Source of the DNA: a virus
Taxonomy: Duplodnaviria > Caudoviricetes
Reading direction: 5' to 3' (one strand)
IMG/VR virus record: IMGVR_UViG_3300013830_000002
Coordinates: 64,001-128,000 of that record
DNA length: 64,000 nt
The notes under the pieces were generated by a model that was not told the DNA's origin, ran no database searches, and saw nothing but the letters and a program-made list of their open reading frames with translations. Shown here piece after piece: positions 53,701 through 62,032 of the stretch (positions are counted from its first letter, which is position 1; each line of letters opens with the position of its first letter). The translations under genes and the position numbers were made by a program.

Positions 53701-56481
53701 AATAAAAATTTTTGCAGCGATTTTTATAATTAACTGCATTCCTGATAGCAGTATGTGATACACAATAAAAGTCAGCTGCTTCCTACATAGTATTCCAGGT
53801 TTTAATGTACTTACCACCAGTTGTAAATTGGTTTACAGGCAAGTATTTATAACCTGTCATACCACCTAGCTAAGCATTATATGTATCCTTCCGTTTAATA
53901 AAATTATAATCTACTAATCTTGATTCTTCTTTTAATGCTTCATCTAATGAGTCACATACTTTTAAAGTAATTCTTTTAAAATTTTTAACCCCATATTTTT
54001 TGACTGCATATTGTAAAGGAGATGAAGGATTCATATAACTACTTGGCATATTTACTTTTATTCCACATCCGAGATACTAATCAAAAACATCTGGATTTTC
54101 TGTCTTATGCTATCCAATATAAATTTTTCCATTAACTAAATTTTTTGTCAAATATATTATATATTTCATTATTTAGTAAATTAGCTTCCATTTCGATTAA
54201 TCTTTTAATCTACTCTCTCCCGAGATAGTCGTTGAACTTTTCTTGGTACTCCAGTCATAACTTTCAGTATAATCCAAGACTTAGCTGCTGATTACCATTT
54301 CACAGGTTTCCAGCAATTAAAAAGCTTGTGCTTGTAGCTTAAGCTACAAGGAGCAATGTTAGTTTACTCTGGTACTTAACGAACATTTTGTTAATCACTA
54401 TATTACTATAGTGTTCAGACTATATCTTAATTTATATAAAATAAATTCACTCTTTTTCAGCTATTACAGCTTACTCCGTAAAGGATAGTCGTTGAACATT
54501 CTAAAATAAAAATTTTAGCTTTGCTGCTGATTGTCCTAATTAGTAGCTGACTTAGGATTTCCAGCAATTTAAAGTGTTTTTATTATTGACTGAGGCAACG
54601 TTAAAAGTACCAATAAAATTTTAATATTTTCACCACAGTCATTAAGCTCCGGCTTGGCATTTCCTACCCATCGGGTAAGACCGCCAATATGGCAAGCATC
54701 CACATCAAGAACTGAGCTATAATCATCGTCAACAAGACGGACCATTACAGACCATCTATTGTCAGCTTTTCTTACAGGCGGGGCCACGACAAAGCATTGC
54801 TGGCCGGATTCCTCAATCTTGAAGATTTCATGAAGTTGGTAATAGTTCTCTGGGAATACCATTTCAATTTCAGAACCATCTGCACCATTCTCAACAGGAA
54901 CTTCTGCAAACGGAATTCTCTTGATTTGATTGGTTTCGATTTCCCCAATTTAATTGTTATCAACATGTTACCATGTTGTTCAGACTATATCATTTACTAT
55001 ACTTAAACACATAACCATTACATTCAGTAATCTAATTGATTACTTTGTTCATTTGTGTATGTGTTAATCCATACTTAACCCGGCACTCTTTAAAAGTATT
55101 AAATTCTTCAATCAAAGTGCCATTTTTGTCATAAACTTTTAGTGTGACAGGATTCAATTTTCTACTTGGCAATTCAGTAATTTGTTTTGTACTAATATAG
55201 AAATTCTTAAACCAACCGTCATTGTCATGTATGATTTTGTCCAATTTGGCAAACGAGAATACCTTTAGCTGTTTAAATATTTCTTTTCCTACAAATGTTC
55301 CGATAAATTTATATGGAATACTGTACAAAAAGAACTGACAGCTTTTTAATTGTACTCTTGGTTTTGGTTTAAATTCGTCTGTATTAATGTTTGACACATA
55401 ATGGTTGCATAGTAGTTGTTGGTTTCTGCAGGCATGACTGACTGCTTGTGGAGTACATCCTAAATATTGAGCACACTCTTTTCTTGTGCCAAATACAGCA
55501 ACCTGACTACCATCCTTTGTATAAACAAATGTTTTTTGTTTGCGATGGTTAATGTTAAAAATCTGTGGTTGTCTACTCCAGTAGAATCCAGCGTAAGTAA
55601 TACCGTCAGTAGAAGCTCTCTGTAACCTTATTAAGTTCAAACCCAGAGAATCAGCTGCCTCAACCGTACTGTTCCACGTTTTTATTAAATTACCATCGTA
55701 GTCAAATTGATTGATTGGTTTGGAATGCCAAGTTCTGTCTTGCTGGCCTTTAAAATATCCACCAAGACCTCCTACAGCTACATTATATACATGAGCTTGA
55801 CGAATAAACTATTCAGTCACAATACTCTCTTCAATGGCTGATGCCTCTTCAATAGTATCCACTATTTGAATAGTGTATCGAGTGAAAGCATTTGGCCCAT
55901 ACTTTTTAACTGCCTTTTGAAAAGGAGTTGTAGGCTGCATATATGTAGCAGGTTTTTGTGCATAGACTCCACAACCTAAATACCCGTCAAAAATTTCTGG
56001 GTCTTCGGTTTTATGGTAGCCTATATAAATTTTGTTCAGTCCATTCTTTTTGGACTTGTTGTTTACAGTTAAGTATATGATATATTTCATAGTAATCCAA
56101 TTTTTCACCATAAGGTTTAGAACGCATCTTAGTCGTTGAACATTACTCTGAACCAGAGTCGTGCTGCTGATTGTCTTGTAGTAGCATCAAGAGTTCCCAG
56201 CAATTTAAAGGATTTTTCACAGTAGCTTACACTACTGAGGAGCAGGAATTTTACTCATAGAATTCAGAGTCAATTGAAGTAAAGCTACCAAGCTTTTTCT
56301 TCTCCTGACCCATCCAAACATTACCAAGTAAGTCAGTTAATGCACTCAAAGTGTTTTGCGGATAAAGCTTAGCAAGAATACCGAGCTTATATGTTTTAGT
56401 ACCAAGGAACTTACCAAAATCCTCAACGGTACGTGTACCACCCATATTAGGGTTATTAGTTACAAAATTAGCTACTAACAT
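50726..56481 (-). CDS. Major capsid protein, 472 aa after removal of five group I introns (exons 56481-56253, 54945-54632, 54383-54366, 53054-52773, 52509-52228, 51019-50726)
   Basis: Exons sum to 1419 nt in one frame. Junctions rebuild FYE-W-EIETN, NDCG-FVKYQS-NVEKMRN, PIG-EGLIP[Q]IE and YEFA-GNTI, all crAss MCP-like motifs. Confidence 0.9.
51020..52227 (-). mobile_element. Group I intron 5 of MCP (1208 nt) with homing endonuclease
   Basis: Exon TTCGCT pairs with IGS GGCGAA, and P10 is ATTTCT/GGAAAT. CAACGACTA and GATATAGTC core elements present; ends in G. Confidence 0.9.
51054..51980 (-). CDS. GIY-YIG homing endonuclease with NUMOD1-like repeats (~308 aa; TAG=Gln)
   Basis: YIVYITINLCNGKFYIGVH...DGYIGCG. 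The C-terminus KDKDIV* is encoded by the intron core sequence AAAGATATAGTCTGA. Confidence 0.85.
52510..52772 (-). mobile_element. Group I intron 4 of MCP (263 nt, no ORF)
   Basis: Exon TATTGGT pairs with IGS GCCAATA. Core elements CAACGACTA and ATATAGTCTGAAC present; ends in G at 52510. Confidence 0.9.
53055..54365 (-). mobile_element. Group I intron 3 of MCP (1311 nt) with homing endonuclease
   Basis: Exon GAGT pairs with IGS GCTC, and P10 AACATT pairs with the next exon AATGTT. Core motifs present; ends in G. Confidence 0.9.
53255..54169 (-). CDS. GIY-YIG homing endonuclease (TAG=Gln), last NUMOD repeat frameshifted
   Basis: MKYIIYLTKNLVNGKIYIG[Q]HKTENPDVFD[Q]YLGCG, ending in TAA at 53255. 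A further repeat continues in another frame. Confidence 0.8.
54384..54631 (-). mobile_element. Group I intron 2 of MCP (248 nt, no ORF)
   Basis: Exon GACTGTGGT pairs with IGS GCCTCAGTC. Core elements CAACGACTA and AAGATATAGTCTGAAC present; ends in G at 54384. Confidence 0.9.
54946..56252 (-). mobile_element. Group I intron 1 of MCP (1307 nt) with homing endonuclease
   Basis: Splits a TGG codon (T|GG). IGS GCTC pairs with GAGT and P10 is ATTCC/GGAAAT. Core motifs present; ends in G. Confidence 0.9.
54990..56090 (-). CDS. GIY-YIG homing endonuclease with NUMOD1-like repeats (~366 aa; TAG=Gln)
   Basis: MKYIIYLTVNN...KIYIGYHKT...DGYLGCG. Fragments 55809.. and 55032.. share a frame, and the TGA overlaps the intron core ATGATATAGTC. 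Confidence 0.85.
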
Positions 56482-56515
56482 TTTGTAATTCTTTTAATAA
56501 TATTATAATTGGTAA

Positions 56516-57565
56516 TCACTGTACATCCAAAGATGCTGCAGAATTAAATTGCTGATTACCTCCATTGGGCTTGTTATCTTTACGATTGGCATTTATTTCC
56601 AGCTGAGATTGCCCTTTTTTCCCAGCTGCCAAGCCTTTTTCATAAGCCAGTTTTAACTGGCCAGAAATCTCACTTAAAATTTTGTCACCATTTAATGCCC
56701 AAAAAGCTACCTTAGTAAAGGTCTCTGGGTCATTCATTGCTTTTCCAAATTCTGACTCTCCATTTTCATCCCTTGTAAGAATGTAATTTGCAAGGTCATT
56801 CATATCGTCGGAAGAGAGTTCAATATTTTGTCCGGCAATATTATTAAGTGACTGAATCTACTCCAGGATAGAGGAGCTAAAATTATCAAAATCTTGTTCT
56901 TGTTGTGCAGCAGCTTCCTGCTGTTTCTGAAGTTTAAGGTCGTCCTCCCTTTGTTTATATTGAGCACGTAAGCTCTCAATTGCATGTTTATAGAGGTCAG
57001 GGTCAGACTTAGCATCATTTAGCAGTTTTTCAAGCTGCTCATCAGTAACATTTTCCTCTCCTAGTTCATCTAGTTTATCTAACATATATAGCTCATCATC
57101 ACTTAGTCCGTCTACCTCATAAGTAGGGGGCTGAGCATTGATAGCATGGTTTTGAACAGCTTCCATATATTCTGATGGAGACATATTACTATTTCTGATA
57201 GCATCAAGTAATTCTTGCTCCTCATCAGTTACATTATTAATTTCTGGAATCTGTTCACTTTGTCCTGAGGACAAAAGAATATTTTTTTTCTCTTCACGGG
57301 TCAAATCTTTCCAAGCACGCTCAGAAACTTGCCCATCATCTCCGTCAAACTTAATTTTTGATGAATCAGTAATTCCTGCATCAGCAATAAGCTCATTGAT
57401 GACACTTTCATCAGAGTTATCAGGATTATTGTTGTCAGGACTATCATTTCCACCAGGATTATCATTTGAAGGAGGATTGTCATTGTGATTTTCTTCACTG
57501 CCTGCAGGGGGATTATCTCCAAAGAAATCATCCATTGCTGCAGCAGCACTTCCTTCTTGTGGCAT
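56516..57565 (-). CDS. Acidic scaffold-like protein preceding MCP (~349 aa; one TAG)
   Basis: 56858.. and 56516.. join at TAG. Highly acidic, helical/coiled-coil, immediately upstream of MCP. Confidence 0.65.
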
Positions 57566-57640
57566 TAAACATAAACATTAAAAATTAGAACAATTATCTA
57601 TAATAGAATAGTAAGCAAATAATGATTTACTTGCTATTAT

Positions 57641-57673
57641 CAATAATATCGATTGTTATTAAAAACCCCAAGG
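57641..57673 (-). promoter_or_regulatory. Conserved promoter-like motif, copy 2, upstream of the scaffold-MCP operon
   Basis: CCTTGGGGTTTTTAATAACAATCGATATTATTG matches 32110-32142. It is followed by a hairpin (~57608-57637). Confidence 0.65.
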
Positions 57674-57689
57674 TTTTTTATAACAAAAT

Positions 57690-59681
57690 TTAATCAATTT
57701 CCGTCTCATCAAGATTAAGAGTACTAAACACCTTTGTTATCTTCTTTTCAAGTAAAGCAACTCTGTCTGTAAGTTTGATAATGTTGTCCTATAAAGCACT
57801 GAGTTCTTTCTTTAATTCATCACTGCTATTTCCTGCTAATTTTTTAACCATTTCAATGTCAGGAATTACTTTGGCCATATCATCAGTAATTTCATCAGGA
57901 ATAGTGAGCTTATCACTATACTTCGGATATTCAGTACCAGTTACTCCGGTGAATGTTCCACCAATAAGTAATGGATTAACTCCGACAAAATTATCAGAAT
58001 ATATACCGAAACCAGAATAGGTTTCATTACTCTCACGTACTTTCCTATAATCTTTATAAATACCTGATAAATCACCAAATCTTGAATGAATTTTAGATGG
58101 GAGGAATTCCATCTAATCAAGTACTTCCTAAAGCGTAATTTTATTTTTATAATATGTAATGACAGTATCAGTAGCTTTAGTAGGGCTTAGTCTATGAATA
58201 GTTGAATATGTCAGATTAGCAAGAATTGACTATGATTTATTATCCTGATTCTTAACTTTGATTATAAACGGGTCAACCGATTCAACAGTGGCATAGTATC
58301 CTAAAGGAAGTGCTACTCCTGGAGAATCAGATGACTCATAATAAACGTCATTATCACCAGAAATAACTTTAACTGATATAATTTCAGACAGCTCTTCCTC
58401 TGCTGAATTAAAGGCTGCTCCTTCTGCATAATTGGAGCCTGCTTTAATAGTAACTTGTTGAGTATATTCAGAAACAGAGCCATCCGTACTATTTTCAGTT
58501 TGAAATTTTACTTCAATAACAGTATCTTGCTATACATTACTTCTAGTCTGTACTGCTATGGTTTTTCCAAGGTCTTCTGTAGTTTCCTCGTCTGATGTAA
58601 TACTTGCTTCACTTACAGTAAATGCATTTCCACCACTTAAAAAGATAAGTACCCAATCACCTACATTGAACTCATTTTTATATTTTAATGAAAGCTTTAT
58701 TCTACTGACATCAGTAACTTCATCGGATGCAGTATCATCAGTGTTATTATCAGAAGCCTTTGAATCTTCAGCCCACTAAGCCTTTGTTACCAAGTTTGTT
58801 ACAGGAGAGCCTATTTTCAGTGGAAAATACTATGGCGTATAAGAGTCCTATGATGATTGGTTGTGTACTATAAGATTGTCAACTTCAAGCCATGTTTCAT
58901 CATTTTCTGTATAAAGCATATAACCAGATTCTCCTTTAACAGCCCCTTCAGATGAAGTTGTCTGAGCTTTATTTAATATAACATCGTTGTTTACATATAT
59001 TTTTCCATTACGAATTGCAAGTATATTTTGTCCGCCAATGTTAAAGGTAAGTTCATCACCATCTACAGACATTTGATTGCCATCAATTAGTAATCCTCCT
59101 ATCTGTAGTGGATTTGGAATTTCAGTAGTCTATGAATCATCAGTACTTCCTGAATTTTCGGATGAATCGTTATTTGAAACAGCTTCTGTGATAGGAGTGA
59201 ATTGCCCATTAATTACTTTATACAGAATTCCTGTATCTAAGGTATATACAAGTCCATTCTGTATTCCAAAACTTTGGGCTGTAGAAAGAGTATCAAAATA
59301 CAGTCCTATGTTTGTCAATGCCTGAATAAACTATTCAGGTTTAAGTTCCTGAACTGCTGAATATGAGATATATCCATCAGAACTAGATGTAAGTAGTATT
59401 TTAGTACCATCAATATTAAGATATACTTGCTGACTTTCCTCTCCACTATCAGAAGTACTGTCAACTAAATAAATACCTGTTTTCTTTATTTCCTCTTCAG
59501 AGGAAACTTCAAAAATTTCTGAAGTGTCATCAACATTAAGCTTTCCGTTTTTGAATATTGTAATGTACCTGTTTGGGGTTTTTATCTTGACATCCCCCTT
59601 AGTCTATAAGATAAGATTGACAGAAGTACTGCCTACTTTATCATAGACTTTTCCAAAAGCAAGTTCCTTGTCTTCTGTCAT
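57690..59681 (-). CDS. Putative fibre/structural protein (~663 aa; TAG=Gln)
   Basis: Fragments 59130, 58848 and 57789 share a frame, from ATG at 59681 to TAA at 57690. Beta-rich with a C-terminal coiled coil. Confidence 0.6.
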
Positions 59682-59688
59682 AATTATA

Positions 59689-59799
59689 TCAGTTTTTAGA
59701 TAATAGATTCCTAAAATGATTACGGAGCTCAATATCTCTCTGTTTTACAAAAGCAAAAAACCTATCAAGCTCTTTTATCTATTCATTTATACCATTCAT
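59689..59799 (-). CDS. Small 36-aa protein (TAG=Gln)
   Basis: ATGA overlap with the upstream stop; fills the gap between two genes. MNGINE[Q]IKELDRFF... Confidence 0.4.
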
Positions 59800-60392
59800 T
59801 TTACTACATTTACAACTCTACTTTCTCCTGTTTTTATTAAAGGATTTGAATTATCTATAGTAAATTTTTGTCTCTAGGTTTTCTTAAAGTTAAAATGAAA
59901 CAATCTGCTGAAAAATGTTTTGTATTTATATTGTTTTTCAGTATAAACTAAAACTGTCTGATTGTTCTGTATATCAGGAATTATACTAATAGTGTTGTTG
60001 GTTCTTTCTACAGTAATTTTAGTCTGACTGTTTGGTGTAAATACCTTCTTAAAGTCAGCAGTCTATTGAACAGGAACATTAATTGTGTCTCGTAAAGTGT
60101 CTCGTATTCCAGATGATACATAGAATACTTGCTTTATGCTCTTAGGTTTAATGTCTAAAGCATTACGTAGGGAATCTACTCTGCTAAGTATACTGTCCTT
60201 TGAATTTCTTAGTTCTTTGACAGTGTTTAGTAGAACTATATTGCTACTGTCCTTGTCTTGATAGTATTCTATATTGTTCTTCAATCTGGAATTTTCTTCC
60301 ATTGTAGATTGGTATTTGTGGTAACATGTGATTCCCGAAATCAGGAGACCCAATACAGCCAGAATCAACCCAATCCTTAAGTAATTCTTCAT
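59796..60392 (-). CDS. Membrane-anchored coiled-coil protein, Rz/i-spanin-like (~198 aa; TAG=Gln)
   Basis: N-terminal TM (RIGLILAVLGLLISGITCY) followed by a coiled coil. Extends through TAG at 60063 to TGA at 59796. Confidence 0.55.
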
Positions 60393-61413
60393 CAATAACT
60401 TCGTTTAATTTTCTAAATGATTTAAACAAGCTAAGCTTGTTACCATAAACATATCTCAATAAGTGCATACAATCTCCATGCTTGCCCCAACCCAAATAGC
60501 TTGCAGCTTTACGTTGGAATAACTTATTAGAAGCATTATAATATCTTCGTACACGTTTTTTCATCCTGCGCTTTATAGAATTTCTCAGTAAAATATAATG
60601 TGGATAGAACTTATATCCTACAAATTCTATTCCATATTTAATTGGAGCAATCCTATAGTTAGGCTTAATAATTAATTTAAGTTTATTTGCTACATACTCA
60701 TTTACTGCCTTATACACTGCCTGTGCTTCTTCTTTTGTCTTCACGAGAAATAACATATCATCCATATATCTGAAATACCCTTTAACATGAAGTACTTCCT
60801 TAACATAGTGGTCAAGCCCACAAAGATTGAAATTAGCAAAATACTAAGATGGCCATACTCCAATGGCCATTCCAGGACCGTAGGCATCAATAATAGCATC
60901 AATTAATCTTAAAGTTTTCTTGTCCCGTATAAGCCTTCTAAACTAAGCCTTCAGTACTTCATGATTTATGGACGGATAAAATTTCCTAATATCTATCTGC
61001 AAAAAATACCAGTCAGGATGATTGTGCAAAAACGGTTTTAAATTCCTTATAATACTGCATATTCCCCTGCCTTTTATACTGCCATAAGTATCAGCAGTAA
61101 ACCTTTTCAAAAAGATAGGAACTAAAGGAATTAAAAGACAGCAGTGATATACCCTGTCTATAAAATGTTTTGGATGATGAATAATTCTTTCTTTTGGCTC
61201 GTGCACAACAAAAGAAGTCATTTCTCCAAATTTATAGGTCTCAGAAATAAGATTATTTCTGACCATTTCTACTGCTTCGTCGAAATGGTTTACAAACCAT
61301 TTCATTTCTTTATTATAATGGTCTACAGGTTTTGCCTATAGTGCCTTATGAATAGCAGCAGCAACATTGTCTTTGGAAGTAATTAAATGCCACAAATACC
61401 CAGAGGTTTTCAA
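60163..61413 (-). CDS. DGR reverse transcriptase (TAG=Gln)
   Basis: Motifs EPKERII, DRVYH, QIDIRKFYPSINH, GMAIGVWPS[Q]YFAN (DGR-type SQ motif), YFRYMDD and GIEFVGY. TTG start at 61413. The first TAA is at 60163, and the end is uncertain because it overlaps the spanin-like gene. Confidence 0.92.
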
Positions 61414-61561
61414 GGCGTATTATTTTTAATTACCAAAGTTCGGAATGAAGTCTCCTACTGTCAAGTAACTTAGTTCAATATTCTGGCTGCGTTTACAGCA
61501 AAGATAATCCACTTTCTAATCTGCAGTAATCTAATTGCAGAAGTTGAAAATAATAATACTT

Positions 61562-61662
61562 AAAACAGGAATGACTGGACAAACTGTACACGTTGTTGTC
61601 GTTGTTAACGTTAGCATTGCTAGCGTTGTTAGCATTGTTGGCTGAGCTGACTCCAGCTAAAT
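61562..61662 (-). repeat. DGR template repeat (TR)
   Basis: 101-nt AAC-rich noncoding copy of 63436-63536. 18 of 19 mismatches fall at TR adenines. Confidence 0.95.
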
Positions 61663-61765
61663 GCTATTTTTTTTTATTTTAACTGAACGAATGCAGCTAG
61701 GCAATCAACCATAATGGATTAACTTTCTTCCACTATCTGGAAAGTTATAAGTACTGAGATTTCTC

Positions 61766-62032
61766 TCAGTACTTATAGTTAACAATATCTCCTTGATGTC
61801 TCTCAAATTTACCCAAGTCATCATTCCAACCAGTTCTACCAAGAGAAATTGACTGAACAATTTCAGTTTGTGATGCTGGAGGAAAGAACATTCCAAGTGA
61901 TATAGACTGTAATATTCCAACTGGATAAACAGGAGGATAAAAAATTCCTAAAGAGAATGATGAAAGCAGGGTTGTGTTAGTATCCTTTACATCATTGGAA
62001 ACTCTTTTTACAACACTACTGTCAAATTTCAT
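61766..62032 (-). CDS. Small 88-aa protein between the DGR target and TR, with internal SxSLG(xFxPP) repeats
   Basis: ATGA overlap with the target stop. Contains three SxSLG units. Confidence 0.55.
   Translation of the reverse strand: MKFDSSVVKRVSNDVKDTNTTLLSSFSLGIFYPPVYPVGILQSISLGMFFPPASQTEIVQSISLGRTGWNDDLGKFERHQGDIVNYKY

Noticed and set aside
3020-61341. The many plus-strand ORFs in the track
   Set aside because: They are antisense shadows of minus-strand genes, with no motifs or independent gene context.
60163-61413. RT as a group II intron maturase or retron
   Set aside because: The SQ motif, short length and adjacent TR/VR pair identify it as DGR-type.
61562-61662. AAC/GTT-rich stretch as a microsatellite or CRISPR array
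   Set aside because: It is the DGR template repeat. No repeat-spacer array was seen anywhere in the window.
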